Shown: positions 24,111 to 35,400 of the stretch, piece by piece
Position numbering within the stretch: the first letter of the stretch is position 1
Layout: each line of letters starts with the position of its first letter
NCBI GenBank assembly: GCA_034780895.1
Contig: JAUZTB010000070.1
Location: 21,592,465 to 21,656,464 of the forward strand
Length of the DNA: 64,000 bases
Origin: Rhynchobatus australiae
Lineage: Eukaryota
Direction of reading: 5' to 3'
Made by a program: the position numbers and the translations under genes
The notes under the pieces: model-generated
Databases searched by the model: none
What the model was told of the DNA's origin: nothing
Seen by the model: the letters and a program-made list of their open reading frames with translations, nothing else

Positions 24111-24439
24111 GTCATGGCAGGCTGTGATGAGGTAGTTGCAGTGGGAAGATGTGATTGGGTTTATACCCCAAAGGAGCAACACTTGGGTGTGTCTGAGCTG
24201 TACATTCTCCACCTGTTGTTAACATCTTCTTGCAACGTAACACGGCACAGCATTGTTTCTTTACAGCTGAAAGTCGATAACATCCATCTGATTCAACTGT
24301 CAACATTTTGTCAGTAAATTTTTTTTGTGTATTTCTTGAACCTGGTGTCTGATATTAACCACTGCTAACTATCAACCCAAGGCATTTTGTCAATAACTGG
24401 GCTTTATTGTAAGGCAAGGACACTACAGTACCTTGACCA

Positions 24440-24785
24440 AAGAAAGAAATGTTTGTATAATACCCTCCTCATCTCTCTTTTGGACATTTCAAAACACCTG
24501 GACACCACAAGGCACTTTCTTGTAAAATTGTTGTCATTGTTACTTTGTGGGATACATGCCAAGTAATTTGTGCACAGCAAGTTCCCACAGACATGATGGT
24601 GATATGATAACCTGAGTTATTTTTGAAATATTAAAAAGTAAATATTGACCAGGGCCTGGGATTAAAACCCCATTTCCAGTTCTTTTTGAAATGTCATGGG
24701 ATCTCTTATGCCCACAGTAGAAAGCAGATAGGGCCTTGGTTTAAAGCCTCAATTTGAAAGATGGCACCTCCTGAGTGCAGAGCTC
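24440..24785 (-). mobile_element. Deu-domain SINE (SacSINE1/AmnSINE-like)
   Basis: AATTTGTGCACAGCAAGTTCCCACA...TGTCATGGGATCT...GCAGATAGGGCCTTGGTTTAA.GCCTCA...GAAAGATGGCACCTCC; reverse of the Deu-SINE core as I recall it. Confidence 0.75.
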
Positions 24786-24787
24786 TA

Positions 24788-25190
24788 GGAGAGGTCAAAG
24801 AGCAAACTGGAGGGACAGCACCTCATTTTATCTCTTAGAATATTGCAGCCTAACGACATGACCATTGAATTCTCCCACTTTAAATAATTCCACCCCCCCC
24901 CCATCCAGTGGATATGCTCTCCCTTTCTTCCCTGCACCTGCCTATCACCATCACCTGTATCTACCTATCACCACCTTGTGCCCATCCTGCTTTCCCTCTT
25001 ATCCACCTATCGCTACTCTGCTTTTCCCTCCTATATGTTGGGCTTCTCCTTTTCCTATCTTCAGTCCTGAAGAGTCCTGACCTGAAACGTGGACTGCCTG
25101 CTTTTTTCCTGGATGCTGCCTGGCCTGCTGAGTTCCTCCAGCAGTATGTTTTTAATCTAGATATTCCAGCATTTGCAGTCCTTTGTTTCT
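24788..25190 (+). mobile_element. Penelope-like element 3' end
   Basis: SKLEGQHLILSLRILQPNDMTIEFSHFK* (GIY-YIG protein C-terminus), pyrimidine-rich UTR, hammerhead-like motif and terminal GATGCTGCCTGGCCTGCTGAGTTCCTCCAGCA. Confidence 0.82.
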
Positions 25191-28100
25191 CTGCTTCATT
25201 AATACCCTGATTTTTTTAAAAAGAGCCTTAACTGTCTTGACTAGTACATGACTCCAAAGCTTGCTGACTTGGTGACCAGCAAACTCATGGCAAGCACAGT
25301 CAAAAGATCATCTGAACTTCATGGAAGAACATTCCTATGGGACTATTGCAAAGAGAAGTTCAAGCTCGAGCTTGTTCTTTTACTACAGTGTCATTACTGA
25401 TTAACTCTAGCGAAAAAAAGAGTTGAGCAAGTTTTATTGTCATTTTGAATTGTGCAAGTAGGTAATAAATCCTAAAACTTCAATTAGCCTTTAATGTTTT
25501 GTTCATTCCCCAAACATGAAGTAACATAGCTTTGAAGGAGAACTGTCTCCCATTTTAATGTCTGTCAATGAGCAATACTTGTACAACTACACCACACGAG
25601 GTTATTTATAGCTATTCTGTGCAAAGAGCCTATTGTTTGTAGAACGTGCAAAATAAAATTGCATCTTCAGAGAGATCAATGTTAATTTATGTTGATATTG
25701 TTACAGGATCATTAATTATGGAGTAAAACCGGTGCCTTGTTTACTTGAGAGAGCAGCGTCGGGCTCCAGTTACCGCAAACTGCAGGCATGGTTGACTTGG
25801 AGGTGGTGCCGCAGAGTTTCAGCAGATTGATTTCTGGGATAAAGAGTTCTGTCACTTCTTTGTAGAGCTGTTGAGCAGGTTGTGCCTAAGCTCTGGTTTA
25901 GAAGAATGAGCATTGATCTCTTTGAAGAATGATTAAGGATTTGAGCAATTGATGGACTGAGGTTGTCTTGTGACCTAGAATATAACAAATAAGGAGTAGG
26001 CCATCTAGCCCTTGGAGTGTACTCTGCCGTTCATGTGTCCTTTAAAGTAAACACGTGATTCCTGGAACATCACTGAAGAGCGAGAGTCCATGGGGTCAGT
26101 TAGTGTAGGTTATTTAAAACTGAGATGAGGCCTTTCTTCTCCCAGAATAGTTTTGGAATTCTCTACCATGGAGAACCATGCATGTAATAGGGCTTAAAAA
26201 TTTTCAGTTTTTGTGCTTGGTTCAGTTTGAGGGTTTTTTGTCCTTAATTTAGTGGTGTTTCCATTTGTTAAAATAACTTCAGTTTAAGTTCAGTCCATGA
26301 CTTTTGGTCTCTGAAGTGCAATTAAATGCAAATATAGATCAATTTAGACTTTGCTGTAATTCATTTTCTTTTGTGTAATTGCATAATCTTTATTGTCTTC
26401 TGTCCTGTTTCCATCGACACTCTTATTCTTGTCTCACTTGTTGACAACACTGACCAGCATATAACAAGTAAAATGGGATTAGTCAGTGAGCACTTTAAAA
26501 GCCTTTTGGACCATTCTTAAAGTGAAGGGAATGAAAAATATGAACTTGACATGGTTGACATTTATTACTGGCAAGAAATAAACTAATTTCCAAGTAGGTG
26601 TTTGGGGTTATTTCTGGTCTATTGGTGAAAATTGAATTTGAATGCCAAGTATAAACAAGACTGAGATACACTTTTGGGTGATTGGGTCCAGGATTCAAGG
26701 GATGGAGAGGAAGGTGATCTTGAAGCTACTGTAATGTTGAATGATGGAGGCTTGAAGGACTTTGCAGCTTGCTCCTGTTCCTATATTTCCTGTTGTTTAT
26801 GGTTGCACAGATGAGACTATTCTCTGGCCCAGACCCCAGCCAGATTCATGAGTCAGCTGGTCTCTGTTAGAGCAGTTAGCGTGTTAATTAAGCCCCAGTC
26901 TCATTGGGTTAGGGTAGACTTGATTGTTGATCCGTAGCTGCTTTAGGCCCTCTGTTAATGTGTTGAGTTGAGATTGAGGATAAGGCTGCATTTAGTTGTT
27001 GTTATTTTCCTGTAGTTGAGTATTCAATATAGAGAGGTTGCATTAGAGGGGTATCAAGGGGCTAATTTAGCCCATGAGATTGTGTTGATGCATGAGCTGC
27101 CTCCCTTGGGGGACATGAGGTCATACATTAGGGTTGGGGAAAAGTGAATAGATATTCATATTCTGCTTTCTCATCAAGCTCTTGACATTATAAAATCTGC
27201 TCTGAAGCCTACTTCAATTTGAATTTTCGCTCATTTGAAATGTGTAAATATAGCCCACGTTAACCAAATCTACTCATTAAGATGGGTAGCCGGCCTATTT
27301 GCATGAAATTTTACTTTCCAAGTTGACATTTGGTTTATTGATCTGATCAAAAATTCCTCTCTACTGTCAAAATAATTGGATGGCTCACTTTGTAATTTGA
27401 GTAATTACTAAAAGAACATTATTGTGGTTTAAGATGCTTTGGCAATTGAACGTGTACTGCCACTCATGGGAGTCTGGTCCTTGATTATTTCCATTGCACA
27501 AATTCAAAACCCAGTTGAATTGAAAGACTGCATTGTGGGACTGTTTACCTCTTGCCCGCTCAATTAGTTTTTAAGTAACAAGTGCATTACAACTGTAGAC
27601 GTTGCTAATGAGGATGGAAGGTGAAATGGGTTAGCACCTGGGTTCTTTGGTTGAACCTGGTCCTTTGAGGTGTTAACCACCAGAGCAGAATTGGTTTGGG
27701 CTCTAGCCATTATCAGTGGACATGAATTGACATTGCTTCATTTGGGCAAGCTCGTTTGGAATACTTGAAGCTGGCTGGACAGAACACAAAAGCATCTTGC
27801 AAGTCTTAGTTTGAGCATACTGACTGTCGAAATATGGTGCATCTTTGCACACTGCAATCCCATGAATACCAATGCACAGAATAATGGGTTGTTTTTGGAG
27901 ATGTTGGCTAATATATAGGGAGGCATCTATTTTCAGAGGATTTTTCAACTTGTACTGGAGCCTTGAGGACCACCTGAGTAATTCTTAGTTTGAAAACTGA
28001 AAGCAGGAATGTCCTTAATATGATAGAAAATGGGATTAAGAGATCAGAAATTTGAGTGGAGCTCCAAACTGCAGGTCGAAGTGAGGCAGATGGTTGGTGG

Positions 28101-30469
28101 GAGAAGGAGAATCATCAGACCAGTCATTGGGATGCAGAAAGATCTCGATGAAAATTACATTTTTGCATAGCATGAAGGGTGATTGGCTTCCCTGCTCCGA
28201 TTCCGCTAGTTGACAGTAGATGATAACTGTGGAAAATCCTTAGAATATCCTTCAGTAATGGACACAAAATAAAATCACCTCCTGTAGGGTCTTCGGAGGG
28301 ATGGATGATAATGGATGGTTTCCCAAATGTAGAGGAATATTCTGATTTCCATAAGTGTTCGTTCTTGTTTTCTGGTTGGGTAGCAACAAGCAAGTACAAA
28401 GTACAAGCTCTGTTTCTTAGCACTTGTGGTCATGTTTAGAAAATACATTTGTGCTAAATTCTCTGTCTATTTGTGTCTACTGCCCTTCCCCAAACTCTTT
28501 AATTGCAAGATAGCCTCCAGTAGGAACACTGTTTCCAGCATCATTTGTGAAAAGCAACCACTTGGTCACAAAAAGCAAAACTTTATTTATAGGCCTGAAA
28601 GTACATGATGTACTGTTGATGTCGAATCTGATGTCTAATCTATACTGTACATGTTGTTTTCCATTACTCTGCTGGCAAGTACAATGCTGCACCACTGTGT
28701 CTGCATCTGGTGCAGTTATTCTCCAGGCCTTGTGTCAGCACCTGGTGCTCTATCTGGGTTCAGTCTCGATAAGTCACTGTCAATAAAGGTATCACATCAA
28801 AATGAGCTTTAATAATTTAAGGTCTTAGCAGTGTAACTAAGTGCACTAAAAGGGGGACTTTCAAGGTTTGGAGATTAACAAGGCTGACCACTAACATCAG
28901 AGGGTGCAAACTGAGAAGAAAAAGGGCTTTCTGGATTGGAAAGGATTTAACTGTGGTTACCCATAGCAACACTTAAAGTGGGGTATATGTATACTTGAGA
29001 TTTAATTCTGATGTTAAGCAAGTGAATTAGTTCTAAGCTAATGAAAGGCAAATTTTGTTCTTGCGAAGTTCTTCCTACAAAGGATAACTTTACTGAAATG
29101 CACAGCTAGCTGTGGTCACGAGTACAAAAGCCTAGGAATCATTTACAAACTGATTAGATATAGTGATGATAGTGTGTGGATGTTGGTTATTTCTTATTGG
29201 TTGCTCATATCTTTACTGATCAAGCAGATATTGGTATTGAGTAACCACATGGTAATCTGACTTGGTTTGGGCCATTCTTTCACTTTTCAAAGGAATTGCT
29301 GCTTAAGTCTGTTTCTGATGACGATAATCTGTATTTGATCACACCTCCCTTTTGAGGGTTTCCTTCCCTGCTTTTCCACCCTGACAATATTCCTCCTTTG
29401 GGAGAGTGGCTGTAAAGGTGCCAATATCGTGACCATTATTTATACATCTTGATTAGATTATTTCACTGTGGGGTAGTTCACTGAATTCTGATATTAAAAA
29501 TGGGAGCTGCTGGAAACTTATCAGGAGCTGAGGCCAATTTAGGTTTGTACTGACTTCTCTACAAGCAATATTTGTCTAAATGTGATAAGTTTTCTGGTCC
29601 TTTTTGGGTATTCCCCAGATTGCAATGACTGAACATAGAATGAAAGCAGACTGAGCAATCCGATGAGCGTGTTCTGCCAGTCAGTGAGGGTGTGGCTGAT
29701 TGTGACCTAATTCCACACACCACCGTATCTCATCTATTTTTGTTTGCTAACAAAAATATAACCATCTCAGATCCAAGGTTAACAGTTGACTTGGCATCAA
29801 TTACTATTTGTGGTACTGGGTTCTATTTCTTCAACCTTGTACATGTAGAAATGTTTTCACAATTGTAAAGCCTGGTTCTGATTTGTAGACCATGCCGTAA
29901 CCCAACCAGTGCACCCTCATCCAGAAAGTGACTAGAAGTACCAGGTTTGTTTCTGGGTCTGCTAATGCATCTTAAAAAGGATAGAGAAATGATTCTGGGT
30001 GTCAGGGTTCTTGCTCTTGTTCACGATGTTGTGTGTAGCACTGGATGGGTGTTGAGGGAGTGCACGTCTCCAAACTAAGTCGCCTGCCTAAATTCACTAT
30101 GGAATGGGCACTTGTATCAAAGGATTTAAAACGCTAGTGGGACAATGCTTTAGTAACCATAACTTCCAGGAATGGAGAGTGGGGAAGAGTGAAATGCAGA
30201 ACTACAACATTGTCAAAGGGTTCTGAGACTCATTCTAGGCATAGGTTCCAATAACATGGCGCTTGTTAGTTTAAGACCTTTTGGAACAGTCAATGGAATT
30301 ACCATGTACTCAGTACAAGCAGAAGTCTCTCATTGTATCAAAGTACTAAAAATGCACATGTTGAAGCTTAAACTTTATTCTTTTTGTTTTCTGAATTATC
30401 TTGTACTTTATGATAGATTTAAGGAGGAAAACTGCAGCTCTATTGAATTGCTGCATGTTGTAGTGTTTT

Positions 30470-30770
30470 AAATCCAGAAGTGGGGATTCAAATTCCACCC
30501 TGGCAGCTGTGGAACTATGACCACAAAACTACTAATTTGTTATAAAATTCCATCTGGTTGGCTAATATCCTTCAGGGGTCTTGCTCAGTTTGACTCCAGA
30601 CCTGCAGCAATGTGGTGGATTCTGAAGTGGCCTAGCAAGCTCGATAGTTTATCGTCACATCAAAGTCTGCAGGAATTCAAGAAAATGGTTTGTCACCATG
30701 TCCTTGAGGGTAATTAGGGATGAGTAATAAATGCTGGCCTTGTCAATGTTGCCAACATCCTGAGAAATTG
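30470..30770 (+). mobile_element. tRNA-derived SINE with LINE-related tail
   Basis: B-box-like GATTCAAATTCCACC, ending GGGTAATTAGGGATGAGTAATAAATGCTGGCCTTG. Confidence 0.6.
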
Positions 30771-33700
30771 AATTTTTTTTTAAAACGTCAAGATGCGAGG
30801 CGAGTAACCTGCCCGCCTTGTGCTACTTTTGTTCTGCGTTGTGTTTGATCTGTAGTTTAATATGGTGTGTGTAAGAGACATTTTGGTTCCAAATTACAAG
30901 CCCAGCCTTCCTAACCCATGGGCTTCAGTTATTTGCTACTGCTTTTAGAATTCGTGCATGGATACAAGAAGAAATCCAGTCACCAAAGATCTCCCAGGTT
31001 TACTCAGACTTTTAGAAAACAATACAAAACATGGGAACCATGCAGGCTAATTAAGATAACATCAAATGATGCAAAGAGAGGTGACTCAATATTTTAAGAT
31101 TACATTCCACTGTAACAACATCTATTGAGTGACCTTGTTTGTCAGTGTATGGTTGCCATTTTGATTGCTGTTTGCACAGTTACCGAGGTAATTCTTCTTG
31201 GAGCAGATGCTGATTGTCATTTCACAAGAATGTTAAAATGAAGGGTTGTAAGAAATTCGTAAGATGCTATTAATCAGATTTGTGCCATGAAAAGGCCAGG
31301 GTAGTCTCATTTCATCACTGTACCATGTAAGATTTATGATTGCTACTGTAATTTTAATCTTATTGTGAAGGTGTTGGGGCAATTATTGAATCTTTGCTGC
31401 TTTCCCCTGCTAACTCTCAGTAAGAAGGTGTGCATATTTAGACAAAACACTAACTTGGGTTGCTAATTTTTCAAGGAGGGAGGCAGCATTGATGAGACCA
31501 AAAGAAACTTGTGGTTAGTGGGGGGGAAATTGGAGCACCCGTGTTTGCATTTTTCTTGAATAAATTATTCAGAGATAGGCTTGGATATTGAAAATTTGGT
31601 ATGGTGGCTGAAATCTGTTCTTGCCTTACTTTATTAATGACTTTTAACTCTCAGTTTAGAGATGTGTTTTGCTCAGAGATGANNNNNNNNNNNNNNNNNN
31701 NNNNNNNNNNNNNNNNNNNNNNNNNNNNNNNNNNNNNNNNNNNNNNNNNNNNNNNNNNNNNNNNNNNNNNNNNNNNNNNNNNNNNNNNNNNNNNNNNNNN
31801 NNNNNNNNNNNNNNNNNNNNNNNNNNNNNNNNNNNNNNNNNNNNNNNNNNNNNNNNNNNNNNNNNNNNTGGATTATCAATTTGAAGGAAAGGTTTAATGC
31901 CAAGTGAATTACAAATATCCTCGTGCCTAAAGTGTGCAGGCTTGATTCTGTCCCTAGGGTTTTGGAAATCCCCAGTTTGAAGGGAAAACTAAGCTGTACA
32001 ATAGTACACTAGACTCTTTGAAATATGGATCGTGTATAGGACTTAAGTGCAAGTTGGATTCAAATTGCTAAAGAGAAAATTGCCTTCCATTAGAGGCCAG
32101 ACAGTAGTGTAATGTCACTGTTAAATGGAGAGTTAAAATTATTGGGTTGTGGAATCTGCCACTGGTTTACATGGTGAACCTGGTATGATTCTACCTGTCC
32201 AACACAGCCTTGCCGGACGAGAGCAGTGGTCACAGAATCGCATGCAGAATGTTAAGTGACTTGTCTGGAGCCAACACACCCTACTCCTTCCATCCTGACC
32301 AGTGAATTAATTGCTATGTCACAGTTCGACGTAATATCCTGATTTAGTATTATAGTTGGGTTGGTTTTCAGGTAGTTGCAGTGTAAACTGATCCCCTTTT
32401 GAGATGTTTTCCACACTGGATTTGTAGAGAGGAAAAACCTTTATTTCCTCGCCCCCAACCCTGTTCTCCCATGACCCATCAGTAATAGCACACTAAGAGG
32501 CAATGGTGCAAGTGACTGTCCTATCGGTCTATGATACTAAGACAANNNNNNNNNNNNNNNNNNNNNNNNNNNNNNNNNNNNNNNNNNNNNNNNNNNNNNN
32601 NNNNNNNNNNNNNNNNNNNNNNNNNNNNNNNNNNNNNNNNNNNNNNNNNNNNNNNNNNNNNNNNNNNNNNNNNNNNNNNNNNNNNNNNNNNNNNNNNNNN
32701 NNNNNNNNNNNNNNNNNNNNNNNNNNNNNNNNNNNNNNNNNNNNNNNNNNNNNNNNNNNNNNNNNNNNNNNNNNNNNNNNNNNNNNNNNNNNNNNNNNNN
32801 NNNNNNNNNNNNNNNNNNNNNNNNNNNNNNNNNNNNNNNNNNNNNNNNNNNNNNNNNNNNNNNNNNNNNNNNNNNNNNNNNNNNNNNNNNNNNNNNNNNN
32901 NNNNNNNNNNNNNNNNNNNNNNNNNNNNNNNNNNNNNNNNNNNNNNNNNNNNNNNNNNNNNNNNNNNNNNNNNNNNNNNNNNNNNNNNNNNNNNNNNNNN
33001 NNNNNNNNNNNNNNNNNNNNNNNNNNNNNNNNNNNNNNNNNNNNNNNNNNNNNNNNNNNNNNNNNNNNNAACTGATGTATGTGCAATGGGTGGAAAAGTT
33101 CAGAACTATTGCAGATAGTAATTGATGCTATGAACTGTTAACTTTTGCATTAAAAATTAATGTTTTTAACCAATGGTTTATGGGCATGATATGGAGTTGT
33201 CTTTGATCGGCAATGAATTAAAGAAAGCCTTTCCTATTTCAATTCTATTTTGACAATGTGATTACAAAGCCAAAGCAGTTCTGGAGTAAAATCAATGTAT
33301 TATTTATACTGGATTAAAGCTTTATTAATGCAACCTATTGAAGGCATTCATTTCAAATGAGACTAGCATTAGTGTAAATCAATGATTGCAATCAATGCTT
33401 TCTGTCCTTTTAAAACGATAATGATGGAAATAAACTCAGCAGTGAAATTAAAATCAGAATTAACCACAAAGCTTTAGCAAGTGATTTGCTGAATTCTTTA
33501 AGTACTTGCATTCCAGACTTAGCTGACCCTTGAACTCTTTCCTCATTTGTTGACCATGCCCAGTTTAGGTCACTTGACAGTTTGCTGTGCTTGTTGTTGG
33601 GGTTATGGAGGTTGGCAAAATATTTCTAGCTCTACTCAGTGGGTTTTCACAAAGTTTGTTTTTAAAAAAAAACACTTGCAGCCAGTGGCAATGTGAGTCA

Positions 33701-34284
33701 CATTGATTGCAACTGTAGAGAACTGTCATAGCACTATCCTTGTAGACTGAGGAAGCATGAAGGTTACTTGCACCACAGGCAGATAATGAGTATTTAAAAA
33801 CTGGAGGTGGAACACCGATCAAGTGAGGTGGTAAGGTTTGGATACGAAAGACCATCAGATGTGAATATGAATGTTAGGAGGGATGCTTAAAAATTCAATT
33901 GAAATTGAATGGGGAAATTAAGCATAAATTTTAATAAACTAATGCTTTCAAAATGATTTTTAAATTGTTCTTTAACTGAAGATGCCACATCCCCATTATG
34001 GTAGAAAGAATTTTCAAGCTTGTATGAAGGCCATCCTTGTGGAAAATCCTTCAAGTAACTAGTAAAAACACAATGTATCTTTGGAGAGGGAAAAATGGAA
34101 ATTAATTTCCTCAGAACTAGGAATAATGAGGAGAAAGTTTTAATAGGCAGTGAAAAGCTAGTGGAGAGAAGAACCAAAGAGGATATGTGGTGGGGAGGAA
34201 AGCTGNNNNNNNNNNNNNNNNNNNNNNNNNNNNNNNNNNNNNNNNNNNNNNNNNNNNNNNNNNNNNNNNNNNNNNNNNNNNTAC

Positions 34285-34640
34285 AACTTTGCTTGACATC
34301 TCTATTCAGTCAGCAAGGATCCAGTATTCAGTTTGGTGGTGGGAGGGGGGGGGGGAGAATTGCATTCACTGCTCATGATGTGGTCTCCTTTACCAATGTG
34401 GAGGAAAGCATGTTGTAATCATTAAGTGTTGTACACTAAAATGGAAGAAGTAAAAGTGAATTGCTGCTTCGCTGAAGGAGTGTTTGGGTGCCTGGATGGT
34501 GTGAAAGGTAGAGAGGCAGGTGTTGCAGCTTTTGTGTTTGTATCAAAGAGTCCTGTGAACTGGGCAGTGGGCATTCATGGAGTTAAAAGTGAATTGGGGA
34601 ATCATGCAGGGAAAAGTTCCTCTAGAAAGCTAGAAGGGGA
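34285..34640. mobile_element. Rearranged Penelope-like internal fragments
   Basis: Plus strand CIHCS*CGLLY (GIY-YIG N-terminal motif) abutting minus-strand sequence similar to 59630-59760. Confidence 0.55.
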
Positions 34641-35219
34641 GCAGAAGATGGCCTCGGAGAGTCCTGCAAATGGGACACTTGAATGCTCAAACAATTGCCT
34701 GCACAGACCTGTAGTGTTCTGAGCCCGTTTAAGAAGATATTAAAAAGTTGCATTCACTTTGTAAATGGCAGCAATCGCATTAGTATTGCAGAACAGCTAA
34801 GCAAGCTGTACTTGGGAGTGTGAATTCCTTTGTTTGTTTTAGCAGGTGATTTTTATTCAAGTGGCTAGAGTTTGACATTACCACATAACAGCATCTGTTA
34901 AGGCAGACTCTGATTGTAATCGTAATGCTGCTTCCAGCACCAGGAGAAAAGATATGAACATTGGACTTAAAGGTTATTTAAAGGTCACTGATGATATTGA
35001 TTTCAATTCTTATAAATAATGAATATGAGCATAGTTCAGAGTTATGTATTTCTTGTGTGCTAAAGATGAGTGAACCAGGCTGGGTTAAGGTATCTATAGC
35101 ACAGACCTTTTGTCCTCCTTTCCTCATTATTATTTCCCTATTCTTTTCCTCTGCTTTTCTGTACTCTCCTCTCTTCTATTCATTCCTTTTTGCTATCTAC
35201 TTGTCTCTTGACTAGTTTG

Positions 35220-35400
35220 AAGAACAGGAGTTATCCCCAGTGTTTAGGCCAATGTCTACCCATTAGTTAATTTTTTAAAAAATGGTCATTATCACATTGC
35301 AACCATATCTGTGCAAATTGACTGCTGTGTGTCCAACATTACTGTGGTTCAAAACTACTTCAAGCTTTGGAAAGGGGCAATGTAAATGCAAGGATTTTTG
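35220..35400 (+). mobile_element. Deu-domain SINE remnant
   Basis: GAACAGGAGTTATCCCCAGTGT..GGCCAAT...GGTCATTATCACATTGC...TGTGCAAATTGACTGCTGTGT...TAAATGCAAG. Confidence 0.65.

Noticed and set aside
31601-33118. Long ORFs across N runs (also 62371-63378)
   Set aside because: Artefacts of translating assembly gaps.
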